Assembly: GCF_006345805.1 (NCBI RefSeq) | Contig: NC_043000.1 | Span: 107,570,001 to 107,634,000 of the forward strand | DNA length: 64,000 bases | Origin: Octopus sinensis | Taxonomy: Eukaryota | Direction of reading: 5' to 3' | Shown: positions 27,341 to 40,139 of the stretch, one piece after another | Layout: every line of letters begins with the position of its first letter | How positions within the stretch are numbered: the stretch's first letter is position 1 | Program-made: the position numbers and the translations under genes | The notes under the pieces: model-generated | Database searches by the model: none | Seen by the model: only the letters and a program-made list of their open reading frames with translations | What the model was told of the DNA's origin: nothing

Positions 27341-29338
27341 CAGTTTTAAAGTACATTGGTTCAAAATCCTGTTCATTGCAGCAACCTATAAGGCAAGAGA
27401 TCTGTCTTTTAAACCCGAAGAAGAATTTTCAGAGCTGTTGTGCAATTCTGACTTGAATTTTTCAAAATGAAATTTCATAATTATTAGACTGGGCGTAAAA
27501 ACGAGAATTTGCAATACTACATGAACTAGCAACTCTTCTTTATCCATTCTTTACACATATTTATATAAATCTATATTTTCACTTTTAACATTAATATGAA
27601 ATAAATACCACTCAAATAGCCCATTAATGCATAGTGATTCCCCAAATATGATAACTAGTACATTAATTACATAAGTTAATTACATAGATATAAAATCATT
27701 TCTAAATAGATAAACAGCGTAGAAATCCGTGAAGAATGTAATTGAAAAATATCATGTAACAATATTTAGTGTTTATTTACTGGATTAGGATGAAGGAGTA
27801 GTGCTTATGAACATCGCAAGCACCCCTACCACAGACAATGGTGAGGTTGATACCACTGATATTTCATTTAAACTATTACAAATCAACACCGGCGAGAAAA
27901 ACATGAGCAAGGAGGAATTTCCAGGGCGTCTATGTCCCGAAACAAGGATAGAGAGTGGTGATTCTTGCAGCTCTTAAGCGGGCAAGCAAAACAAGAGAGA
28001 GAGAGAGAGAGAGGAGAGAGAGGAGAGAGAGGACGGAGAGGAGGAGAGAGAGAGGGGAGAGAGAGAGAGAGAGAGAGAGAGAAGATAGAGATAGATAGAG
28101 AGAGAGAAACGAGTGGGTCAAGTATTCTTGAATGCAGGTCGAATTTTATCCAACCGGTTTCAACTCGGTAACTGTCTTGCATAATTTCTGCACAAGGCAG
28201 GGGTGGAGCAGAAATTATAGAAGATATTTGCGGAGAGTGCTGTTCACTGGGATCGAATTCAAGGCCATGTTATTACGAAGCAAACGTCTAAACCATTTAG
28301 TCTTGTCTGCGCCACAATAGTCGTGTAATTTTATTCACAAGTACACTGATCGATATTCAGAAATACCAAGACTTGCATATTCCCTTAAATGCAAAATTGA
28401 TGTTGGATTAAATGAACGTTAATTAGAGCATTCATTATGGTATATTGTTCTCTTGTTAATTTAATTACTGTAATTATAAATACCATTAGCTAGTGTTGAA
28501 CGGGCTGGAATATACTCAGAGATTCTCAGAGAACTTCCTATTTCCTTTCTGTTTTTCTGAAAAGTCGGTTTAAATTATTTATCCCTCTCTGGAACAAGAT
28601 ACCTTATGTTAAATGTCGACAGTGCAAATGCAATTAGTGAATCTCTATTTATTTCGGCCGGTCGTTTATTTAAAGTTTGGCAAAGACGTTAAAAATTTCA
28701 CTAAAATTTTACCGGTATGTTTATTAATTGTCTTCAGAAGCCAACAGGAAAACTATGAAAGTTAAAAGTTGTGAAAATAGATGAACGGAATCATATGAAA
28801 GAATATTATCGAACGGCAATGATCAAAGATAGTTAAAGACTTCAGAAGAAGGTTTAACAACTTGGCAATATTTTAATGGAAAAAATTGGCGCCAACTGAA
28901 CTTGTACAGAAACGATTATGTTCACCAAAATGTCTTGTCATTAGAATAACACTTTTATGTATTTTATGATGTTATATAATAACATGATCTTATCAAAGTC
29001 GACACTAATCTGGTTGTAAATTGTAAATACAAGAGCGAATGAAATTAATAAATAATATTGTTAAATTTGGTTATTTAGGCTCCCGATTATTTGTTAAGGT
29101 TTAAAACTCTAATCAATTTCGGAGTTGTATTTGCCTGGTAACTTGCAGTGGAACTATGTGAGTGATCAGGTGGTGGATAGTGTATCGAAAAGGTTGTCTC
29201 CAAGTAATAAATGATTGATTGAAGCTAAAAGTTTGTGAAAGTTAAAAGTATAGTTTTATATTTAAGAGATGAGGAATTATGTACATTATTTACATTATTT
29301 ACATTTGACGGATATTTGTCCACATCTTGTTTGTTGTT

Positions 29339-29384
29339 AACACAACGTTTCGGCTGATAATACCCCCAGCCTTCATCAGGTGTC
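29339..29384 (-). ncRNA. Minimal hammerhead ribozyme, left arm
   Basis: Minus strand: gacac CTGATGA a ggctg-ggggtattat-cagcc GAAACGTT gtgtt. Stem I gacac/gtgtt, 5-bp stem II, palindromic AACGTT in place of stem III. Confidence 0.75.
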
Positions 29385-29451
29385 TTGGGGAAATTTCGAA
29401 ACTGGGTTCTTATTGCTAAGGTATTTTTCTATGTTGTTGCTATTATTATTA

Positions 29452-29501
<50 letters not shown>

Positions 29502-29660
29502 GTATTAGTAGTATTAGTAGTTGTAGTAGTATTAGTAGTATTCAGGTCACTGCCTGTAATCGAGCTCGGAATCTTAGGATTAGTAGCACGCGCTCTTAAC
29601 GCCATATGCGCACGGGCTACTAACCCCAAGATTCCAAGTTCGATTCCAGGCAGTGACCTG

Positions 29661-29709
<49 letters not shown>

Positions 29710-29756
29710 TCTAAAAATACCTTAGAAATGAGAACCCAGGTTCGAAATTTCCCCAA

Positions 29757-29802
29757 GATACCTGAAGAAGACCGGAGGGTATATCAGCCGAAACGTTATG
29801 TT
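29757..29802 (+). ncRNA. Degenerate minimal hammerhead ribozyme, right arm
   Basis: gatac CTGAAGA a gaccg...cagcc GAAACGTT atgtt; core intact, mismatches in stems I and II. Confidence 0.6.
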
Positions 29803-30823
29803 AGCAACAAACAAGATGAGGACAAATACCTGCCAAATGTAAATAATGGAAATAAAGTTAAAAGTGTTTGAATGGCTAAAAATATGTCCACCACGATGTA
29901 ATTGTTCTTATAAACAAATTTACCTTCATATGATACCACACTTCTGACAGAAATATTGATAGTCGGTTTCCTGCTTTTGAATTGCATTGAGTTTATATAG
30001 AGAACAATCTGCATTTGCCGAATCACCGCATTAAGATGTAAATTTAATCTGTGTCAATACAATTTCTATTTCTTACAAAAGGATAGCTGAGAAAATGATG
30101 AGACCCAAAAGGCAACATATACGTATGACATATATAGTGTTCTTACAGTCAGCTCAATTCTATGATTAGAATTTAGAATAAATATATTATTATTCTTTTT
30201 TCTCCTAGGGAATTCTTATAACACTTAAAGCAATATATAATAAATTTTCTCATTTGTGTATAGCTTGCTTCAAATAAATCACCGGTGTTTACAGGAGGGA
30301 TTTATCCATTTTATGCGGCAGTTAAGATGAACCTCTGTATCTTGGGGTTTTGATCAAATTATGATAATGAACATTTTTCAAAAAAGTAGAAACACTGATC
30401 ACCGGAGAAAAGCGAACAGGAAGCTTACATTGTCAGGTACAAGAATTCATTGACAAACATAATTCAACCATCTTCAGAGACCATTAATAATTTCCAATTT
30501 CAATATTTGATTTGTGTGTGAATTTCCTAAATCATTACGGAATCACACTATTTGAATTTTATTACTCCGTGTAATACGTCCAGTGAAAACCGGCCACGTT
30601 AAGTAATCTTGTTAAAAGTGATACTTGGGAAATGATTTCAACATCGCAACCTATGGAAGCAATCGTCAGTTATGTAGCCCCACTGCCTTAAGTAACAATC
30701 TATAATTAGCGATCATTACAGAGTATGTATCGTTGCAGGTGTACACTATAGTGATAGCTAATTATAGGTTAGTTACTGAGTCATTTGAAAATTAAATGTC
30801 TGACTATAAATATAACGTATATA

Positions 30824-31193
30824 TATTTCTTTATTGCCCACAAGGAGCTAAACATAGAGGAGACAAACAAGGACAAACAAGAGGATTAAGTCGATTACAT
30901 CGACCCCAGTGCGAAACTGGTACTTTATTTATCGACCCCGAAAGGATGAAAGGCAAAGTCGACCTCGGCGGAATGTGAACTCAGAACGTGGAGACAGACT
31001 AAATGCCGCTAAGCTCTTTGCCCCGAGTACTAACGGTTCTGCCAGCTAGCTGCCTTTCTTTCCTCTTTTATATTAAGGTAAATCTTAATAATGCCAATTG
31101 TAGATAAAAGAAAATGTATAGAAATGCAGACGAAATGCGGTTACGCATTTCGCCCGGCGTGCAAACGTTTCTGCCAGCTCGCCGCCTTCTTTG
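30824..31193 (-). mobile_element. Family-B SINE with 15-bp TSD and an internal 132-bp templated insertion
   Basis: TSD aatataacgtatata at 30809-30823 and 31194-31208; 30992-31123 copies 24756-24887. Confidence 0.85.
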
Positions 31194-33499
31194 AATATAA
31201 CGTATATACCAAGACAAAGGAAACAAGCATGGGATGCAAAATATAAAACGTCAATTCCACCATTTTATCTTCTCCGCTACTGCTAGTTCTCACCTGTTTT
31301 CCTGAGATATCCAGGTCACAATTTATTTATGTTGCGTCGTATTATTGAATTTTTGATGGCAGCATTATACATGCACGCTGCACGAAATTGAATGAGATAA
31401 AATATTGACGGCCAACGTTATCTGAACAAACTAGTCTGCAGTATAAAGTACACCGTTTTGCTAAATATACTTTATTAGCAATCTGTTTTATATGTATTAA
31501 ATTTATACAGAAATTGGTTTTAATTTCCGTTTTAAATGGCTTCTTTTTCATCATTAAAGTGTTAATGACTTTAAAATACACCTGACTATAGCAATCTTTT
31601 TCTTTTACTTTCCACTACATTTGTAAGGCTATTATATAAATTTGAAATTTTTATTTAACGTCAATCAAAGGAGAACTTATTACATATTTGGCATATGTAA
31701 ATTAAGTCGCGCAATATTTCTCCATACCATACCAATAGAAAGTTGCATTCTTTAAAGAAATCTAATGGCTAAAACACAAAAAATAATCAACAAAAGAACA
31801 GCTAAAGAAATTAGAATTATGATTTGAATCCCAATCTGAGGCAGGAAAATACATATTTTCCGAAAGAATGCACACATAATTGAAGATTTCATCTAATAAA
31901 TGTCACAGAATATTTAAATGTCGAGTTGTCTGTTTGCATTACTAATAAGAAAAACACAGTGTTTTCAGTATGTTAACTATGGAACCATCATATTCTTAAG
32001 AAGAGTATGAGACTAATTAATATTCTTGTCTAATATATATTCTCTACCTCTGTTTTCAGTATTTATTGATCTTGTTCTTAGTAAGTTTTCATTTGGCTAC
32101 AATCAAATTAATTGGAGAAAATCCATAAATTTCTTTTGTTTTTGTTTATGTCAAGAATAGAAAATATTGATTTTTAATGTTCCTCTTGGCTAACTGATCA
32201 GACTCTATTTTAAGATCGTGTTGTTTTTACTAAGATATAAGTAGTAAAGTAAGTTTATATTTGGTTTGACTAAGAAAAGATGTGAAGTTGAAAGAGAAGC
32301 ATTTTCAGTTACTATAAAGAGAAACTAACATAACTTAAAAATATCAAGGCTTTGTGCTGTGTGTTTTACAAAAGTCACAGATCGTTGCAGAATAAATATT
32401 ACTTTCAATGCAACACCGAAGTCTATTGAATGGGATTACTAGAAATAACGTCACAGATACATTAATGTTTGCACAGGAATTAATGAAATATAGTTATATT
32501 TAGGTTGTAATTTTTGTGGCGATGTTCGGATGGCTCTATGGAATGTTAAAAGAGGAAATTTGGCGAATTCAATTATAGATTTTACAGATATCCCAAGATG
32601 TTACGAAACAATGAATACAATGTTTCTTGATGTCGTGTGTTGTACGAGACCGCCTGTATTTTAGGGGACAAGGAAATAAAGTGTAGTGGAAATAAAGTCA
32701 ATAGGAGTGTACTGAACTTTTCTTTCTATAGTTAACCATCATTTGAAATCTAGCTGATGCTTGCAGAAGTAGATTTCATTCAAAAGCCAGACAAAAACCA
32801 GTTGTAATGAAACAAGAACTGTCTCACACTAAGAAGTTTCCAACAGAAAAAAATAACGTTTTCGCTTTTCATTGCCATATAAGAATTGATATAAGGCAAC
32901 CAGTAGGCGGAGATATTAGAGCGTCGGATGGATTGCTTTGTGGTAGGAGTTACGGCCCTCTTCATTCTGGGTTCGAATTCGATTATGCTCAACTTTGCTT
33001 CTAAACGTCTTAGTAATAATAAATGATGTAAAGTTATGAACTAAAGGTGATTCCTCCACCCACTGTCTCTCGCGCTCTTTCTTTCCAGTTTGATTCTCTG
33101 GCTCCTTACTGGAAGAAATCAGCTATGGTTAGACCTGGAGTAAAATAGATTCCACCAGATCTCTAAGAGCCTAAGATATTGTCCTTTACAATGCCACCCC
33201 TACGACACCATCAGGAGTAAAGTACATAGGACAAGACAACAATATGGTACAGACGTTGGCAACCTTTTGATAACGGAGTGCCAAACTTAGCTTTCAAAAG
33301 CATTGCATGCGCCAACCTCCTATTACTACTTTTATTAGTAGAGTTTATGCCTCTGAAACTCGCTATAACAGAAATCTGTTTTATACTTTAATAATTGAAA
33401 TTGCATGGAAACAAATATAATTTTATTAAAAAATTAATCAGATTATTTTTTTCAGATTATAACAACAAAACAAAATTATAAACACTTTATAAACAACAT

Positions 33500-33850
33500 C
33501 TTGGGCATCTTGGGCAAGTGTCTTATAATATAGCCCCGGGCCGACCAATGCCTTGTGAGTGGATTTGGTAGACGGAAACTGAAAGAAGCCTGTCGTATAT
33601 ATTTATATATATATATGTGTGTGTGTGTGTTTGTGTGTCTGTGTTTGTCCCCCTAGCATTGCTTGACAACCGATGCTGGTGTGTTTACGTCCCCGTCACT
33701 TAGCGGTTTGGCAAAAGAGACCGATAAAATAAGTACTGGACTTACAAAGAATAAGTCCCGGGGTCGATTTGCTTGACTAAAGGCGGTGCTCCAGCATGGC
33801 CGCAGTCAAATGACTGAAACAAGTAAAAGAGTAAAAAAGAGTAAAAGAGT
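33500..33850 (+). mobile_element. Family-A SINE, 5'-truncated, inserted in the hAT element's 3' region
   Basis: Matches the body and gtaaaagag tail of 58397-58807. Confidence 0.85.
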
Positions 33851-33875
33851 AACAGTTACATTAAAATTATATAAA

Positions 33876-35480
33876 CTAATGAGAACCTTGTCCCTGTACA
33901 TTTTTGATTAATTTCTCAATATCAGGTGCATAATTTGTAACTTTTAGCTTCACGCAATCTTCCGAATGTTGAATTGTCAGACAACTTCTTTGTGGACTCA
34001 AAACAGATTTCATATATGAAAAAATTTGTTCGCATGTATATCTTAAGCCAAAAGGCTGAAAGCAGAGCATATGAGAGTTTCTCCAAAGAATTGAATCTTT
34101 AAATCAATGACATTCAGCAATTTCAGATGGCAACAGACTTCTCCAAGCAGCTTCTTCTAAGAGTTTTTCGTAATTCTACAAATTTTGTTTTCCACAATTC
34201 TGAAGTTGTTAATTCAATCATTTCCATTTCAAAACTATCGATGTGCATCCACACAAAAAGTGATAGATCAGATGGGTTCGTTTTCAAAAGAAAATATAGG
34301 AGCGTAAGTTTCGAAATCTTTACCTCGTTGGAAAATTCTTCTTTCAACGTTGCAATATATTTTTGAAGTTCATTTTTATTAACATTAAATCAATTTGAAT
34401 AAGCTTTTATTTTTGGAAAGTATTTGTAAGTGTTGCTAAGTACATCACGTCAAAAAATATCTAATTTTAACAAAGCATGATACAAATCGATTCAAAACAT
34501 TACCCAGACTAAGCCAATGGACATTACTGTATAATGGGAGGTCTGCATATTTGCTGTCCAATTTTTGCAGAGATGACTTAAATTGTCTGTGAGTCGGTGA
34601 ACAGCGAAACACTATGAAGTTAACTATTTTAAAAACAGTCTCCATGACGAAATTTGTGATGAAATTTTTGCAACTAAATTTTCCTGATGTATAATGCAAT
34701 TAAAACTCATTATATGGCATCCAATATGATTTTCAAGAAGCTTAAATTCCTTTCCAACCATTGCACGTGCACCATCAGTAGTAATACAAAATATTTTATT
34801 TATATTAATGGCTTGATTTTCGAAATAATTTACAAATGCAGTCAGAATGTCCTGTCCTGTAGTTGTATTGTTAAGAGGAATCAAGCCACGTAGTTCTTCA
34901 TAAATACGATCATTGTCACAGTATCTTGCAACAATTGCTAGGCGCGCCATGTCATTCTCGTCAGTACTTTCATCGATAGCGTCACTGAATGCAGCAGCTT
35001 TTTGTTTTATTGTGTTTTCAGCTATATCAGTTATACTTCTCTCAGTTGATCTAGCAGAAGCTGATGTTTCTTGAATTCGAGACAGTATTGTTTCAGAGTT
35101 TGGTAAATCACTGAACAAAATTTTTGCACTTCTCAGAAAAACGTTTTTGATAAATTCTACATCTATAATAAGTCTACCTTTCTCAGCTATACATTGAGAA
35201 ATTGTGTAACTACATTCTTTGTTTTTATTTTTGGTTCCAAGCATTTGAACAAAAACAGAAGTGCTTTTTTTGTAACTAGAAATAGCCCTTATAAAGGCTT
35301 CACTTTTCTCATCAGAATTTTTAAATATATTCTGCTGTCTAGTTTGATAGTGACAGATTCACAGCAAAATGCACACACAGCACGATAATTTTGTTTTACA
35401 AATCCATACTCAGTTCTCCAGAAATCTTGAAGGGAACGAATGCCAAGTTTTTGTCTTTTGATATTTATCTTGGGGCACCG
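33876..35480 (-). pseudogene. hAT transposase (SPIN/GTF2IRD2/EPM2AIP1-like), near full length, decayed
   Basis: N-terminal AVCAFCCESV; IDESTD; TTDGARAMVG; CIIHQENL; VHWLSLGNVLNRF; YTCEQIFSYMK...IEKLIKNVQGQGSH*. Candidate TIR cagacgttggcaacc at 33250. Confidence 0.9.
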
Positions 35481-36311
35481 TATATTGATAATTAATATTA
35501 ACAGGTGTATAAACCCTTAAAACAGATTCTACAAATAAAAATAAAAATAACTAAATAAAAATAATTAGAATAAAATAAATAGTAAAATCATTTTAAAAGC
35601 AAAAAAAAATGAAATAAATTTATTGTATAAATTTTCGTAAAAACATAATAATTAGATTAAAATAAATGTTAAGAATAAACAGAAAAAAAAGAAATACATT
35701 AAAAAGATCAGACAACTTGGATTCACAAAGGAGAAATTGAAACCAAAGAAAATAAGCATAATTTTTGACTTTTGATGTTTGTTTGCCTTTGAAAATCCTT
35801 CTCACCACCGCTTTTTCTTTCCATTTAATATAAAACTGGCCTCAAAATGAGTCTAGTTATAGATGACCCGCAATGTAGGAGCCCATTTTTAAGAGTAGCT
35901 TTATTTAGACTGGCCACTGTAAGGTGGATAACTAATTTTAACATATCATGAGCTGTACAGTTAAATATACAACTGATTTCAAAAAATAAGCGTTTGCGGC
36001 TCTAGCTCCTGGTTTAAATAATAAAGTACATATAAATGCTTTCAGCGCCATCTTACAAACAACAAGTTAATTGTGCTAAGATTTATACTTTGGTGTCGTC
36101 AAAATTATTCGTGTTCAGTAGTACTATATTTTTAAGGAAATGTAATACTACCAAATGCAGCTAACCTCAGATGGTTTAGGTTACAATAGATGGATCATAC
36201 AAAACGACGTGTAACGATGTAATTTAATTATTATGATGTCGCTTCCTGAAATATAGTTATAAATAAAAACTTACGTTTATTTGTTGCCAAGAAGTGTGCG
36301 TGCTACTGTGA

Positions 36312-36380
36312 ATTGGTCCACGTGTCTGAATGGTATATATAAACATAGGAAGCGGGCAAGAGCATAAGAACATCAGAATC
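36312..36380 (+). promoter_or_regulatory. Possible core promoter upstream of the putative host exons
   Basis: ATTGG at 36312, E-box CACGTG 36319-36324, TATATATAAA 36334-36343, TCAGAA at 36373. Such motifs arise by chance in AT-rich DNA. Confidence 0.25.
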
Positions 36381-36668
36381 CATCATACACCAAATATAAG
36401 AGATTTCAAATAGTGGTTGTGTAGCGAAGCTAACGGTGGTGCTCCGTCATGGCTGCAGTTTTCGAGATAAACTAACAAAAGAGTTAAAGAGTTGAAAGAG
36501 TTATACACTGCAAAGGCAAGACCCGATAATTATTGATGTAGTATAATATAAATATTTGAGCGTTTTTCAACGGGTAACTTCATTCAAACTGGACTGGGAA
36601 GATTTGAGTGGCATGGGTGATATAAAAAAAACAACTTTTGCTATCTTTGAACAAGGGCCACAGATTTT

Positions 36669-37066
36669 CTTTACTCTTTTACTTGTTTCAGTCATTTGAC
36701 TGCGGTCATGCTAGAGAACCACCTTTAGTCGAGCAAATCGACCCCAGGACTTATTCTTTGCAAGCCTAGTACTTATTCTATCGGTCACCTGCCGAACCGC
36801 TAAGTTACGGGGACGTAAACATACCAGCATCGGTTGTCAAACGATGTTAGGGGGACAAACACAGACACAGAAACATATACACACAATCATACATTTATAT
36901 GTATTTACACATATATACGACGGGCTTCTTTCAGTCTCCGTCTACCAAATCCACTCACAAGGGTTTGTAGTAGAAGACACTTGCCCAAGGTGCTACGCAG
37001 TGGGACTGAACCCGGAACCATGTGGTTGGTAAGTATGCTACTTACCACACAGCCACTCTTACGTCT
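36669..37066 (-). mobile_element. Family-A SINE
   Basis: Reverse complement of the family-A head, body and tail. Confidence 0.85.
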
Positions 37067-37400
37067 ATATATATATATATATTATATATATATATATATA
37101 TATAATATATATATATATAATATATATATATATATATGTATATGCGATCAGTGACATATTAGTACGTAAATGTTTAATTCTACTCCTTAAAATAGCATCT
37201 AACATAGGTAGAGGACCATAAATTTACGAAGCTGGCTGTAGTTGTTTGAGGTAGCCCTTGTAATTGATTTTCATGTTATTTTATCCTCGTTCCTGCAAAT
37301 ATATAAAGCAAACTTAATACTGCTGAATTCGATGATCGATCGTGAAGAAAGGCAATTAAACACGATTAGGTATCTTAAGAAAGTTGTTTATATTAAACAG

Positions 37401-37430
37401 CAAAGACACTGTTTGTTGGTTTATATCAAG
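37401..37430 (+). other. Putative 5'-UTR exon of a host gene
   Basis: Acceptor ttgtttatattaaacag and consensus donor AAG|gtaagt at 37430/37431. Confidence 0.4.
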
Positions 37431-37935
37431 GTAAGTTAACACATCATTGTCTTTTATCAGCTTAGAAACACGTGTCATTTTATGTTGTCAATGCAATTAA
37501 TTGAATTATTTACAAATTGATTGTGTAAGATATTTGAACCATCCATCAGTTTTATTGGTACTTAAAGATTTGTTCATGACATGCTTTTAATAGATTCAAG
37601 ACAGCAAATGTACGGTATATACTTAGGATTAAACAAAGCAATTATCAACTCTGCCGTACTTAAGACACCGACGTCAACTCTTTTAATGCTGTGTCATGGC
37701 TATTCTTTTATAGTTGATTTAGAGTTACTAAAATGACTAAATTGTAACAGACGTATTCAGGTTTTAGTTATAATCAGTTAACGTAAAATCGAGCCAGACA
37801 TGTAGTTAAATGGTTTTGCTCAAACATGTTCGGTGTTATATTAATGGGATGACAGTATTGCCACTTCGGTTCCGTTTAGGAATTTTACTAACAGACTTTG
37901 GTATTTTCCATTATGTATTATCTCATGATTGACGA

Positions 37936-38197
37936 TGGAGGCGCGTGGCTTAGTAGTTAGGATGTCAGCATCATAATCGTAAGATTGTGGTTTCGATTCC
38001 TGGACCGGGTGACGCGTTGTGTTCTTGAGCAAAACACTTCATTTCACGTTGCTCCAGTCCACTCAGCTGGCAAAAATGAGTAACGCTGCGATGGACTGGC
38101 GTCCTGTCCAGTTGTGGAACGCATACGACATTGAAACCGGGAAACCGGGCCCATGAGCCTGGCCAGGCTTTAAATGGGCGCATTTATTATTTTTTTT
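37936..38197 (+). mobile_element. tRNA-derived SINE (family C) with 13-bp TSD
   Basis: A box tggcttagtagtt, B box gtttcgattcc; TSD tcatgattgacga at 37923-37935 and 38198-38210. Confidence 0.9.
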
Positions 38198-38766
38198 TCA
38201 TGATTGACGAGGTTCATAATTAAGTTTCCAAAATTTCTGAATCTTAGAGACAATACCTCCATTCGCCCCCTCCTAATCACGCATTCTTTGAAATAGTATC
38301 GTAATATCAGTGTTTATGGCATTGAATTCAAATGGGGATTTACACGATATTACATTCACGAATAAATTTATCATCAATGTGAATCTCTTTTAACTAATAA
38401 AAATGATGTGTGTGTGCATTCTAAAGGATATTAAATAACGTATAGCTCAGTAATAAAATAACGCAGCTAAAATATCTTAGCTATAACATACAATATATTA
38501 AAGTTTCAAGTGTTACGATCCTCCATTGTCAGTAATTAAATGGGAATAATTCATCTTAAAATATGACAGAAAGTGAATAATACTGGCAACCATATAAACA
38601 CCATTCGAGAAACTTGATCTTACTTTATCTTTTAACAATATTGAATGTTTATCGCTTAAAACATTGGTAGATTATACATTATCACTAATAAAAATTAATA
38701 TTTAACTGATTTTTATCTACAGACATAGCAAAAACCGTACTTTTAATTTTACTCTGAAATCCGAAT

Positions 38767-38790
38767 ATGCCAGTTAAGTTTAATCATCCG
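38767..38790 (+). CDS. Putative first coding exon (MPVKFNHP) of an unidentified host gene; exon spans 38723-38790
   Basis: Branch-like ttaac, acceptor ttttatctacag, in-frame upstream TGA, A at -3 of the ATG, donor CCG|gtgagt in phase 0. Confidence 0.55.
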
Positions 38791-39260
38791 GTGAGTTGTT
38801 CTGGGTTTTCTGTTGTTTTCAAATAACTGTCATATTGTTTAATGATATCTGAGTATAAACTAAATATTATAGGATTATAACCTGCAAGTAAAAAATTGCT
38901 TTCATTCAGAATTTATTATTACAACAATATCCATAAGACAGCAAGCTGGAGAATGGCTAGCACGCCGGGTGAAATGCTTCGCAGAATTTTGTCCGTCTTT
39001 ACGTTCTGAGTTCAAATTCCACCGAGTCTGTGGATGCCAAACCAGCAAGGGAAAGCTGATGACCTCCCCTGTTCGAAGGTTATAATGGACACAGGTCTGT
39101 GTGTCACATAACTAGCTAGAGGCGATGGCCTCTTAGAGCTAATCAACGGCAGCATTCGTCCTATTCTTTTCTGGACTGCCATGTTAGCTTGGCGATAACT
39201 ATTAATATCCAGTACCGCTGGCGTAGTCTCGTTTAGAGAGAATTAAAAATAAACGATATT

Positions 39261-39302
<42 letters not shown>

Positions 39303-39698
39303 ATTCTCTCTCTCTCTCTATATATATATGTGTATGTGTGTGTGTGTCTTTGTTTCTATGTCTGTCATCCCACCACCAGATGACAACCGATGTTGGTGCG
39401 TCTAGATCCCCATAACTTAGTGGTTCAGCAGGAGGAGCCAATAGAATAAGTACCAGGCTTAAAAAAGTAATACTGGCGTCGGTTCATTCATTCGACTAAA
39501 AATTCTCTAAGCCTCAGCATGGCCGCAGTCTAATGACTGAAACAAGTAAAAGATAAAAGATAAACCTAAACACATTGCAGAACATACAACTGATAGATTC
39601 GCGTAGCAATAATTTCAGTTGTCAGATAGCTCCGGTTCAATATTATCAACAAATAAGAGAATTTGACTTTGATATGAGATTTTTTCTATCAATTAAAG

Positions 39699-39770
39699 AC
39701 AGCGGATCCAATAGTAACCGTGGACAGGTGGGAAGGTCAGCTAAACCTGTCGTCAATTCAACTTCCTTAC
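39699..39770 (+). CDS. Putative second coding exon (TADPIVTVDRWEGQLNLSSIQLPY)
   Basis: Acceptor tttttctatcaattaaag; 72 nt open in phase 0; donor TAC|gtatgt; higher GC than its flanks. Alternative donor AG|gtggga at 39727/39728. Confidence 0.4.
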
Positions 39771-40139
39771 GTATGTGTCACAAATATAGTATACATTATA
39801 AAGTGAGGCTCTTGCAATTCACTAACACTTTTCGCATAGCAGCACATTTAGAACTCCAGAAATTAATATGAAAAAAAAGTGTTTTCATAACAAGTGCAAA
39901 AAATAATGAATTACCACAGGAAACGCAACGAAACAAACGCACAACACAGGAAATTAGACAAAGTATAAATGCATCTCTATTCCCAAATAAAATATTGCTC
40001 ATTATTGCAAAACATAAAAGTTGAAAACTCAATAACATTACGCAAAACAAAATAAACAGTTAACGAGCACAGTAATAATAATAATAATAATAGCAACAGC
40101 AACAGCAGCAACAATATCAACAATAATTATAATAATAGT

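Larger units (their letters stand above)
29252..29848. mobile_element. Fold-back element: two head-to-head copies of tRNA-like head + (AAT)n + hammerhead ribozyme + tail
   Basis: Left arm 29252-29608 (minus) and right arm 29610-29848 (plus) are reverse complements apart from point differences. The head has anticodon-like arm ggg-ctactaa-ccc and B box gttcgattcc. Confidence 0.85.

Noticed and set aside
32503-32663. Open frame of about 53 codons after an acceptor-like site
   Set aside because: No recognisable motif and no linked exon; compatible with chance.
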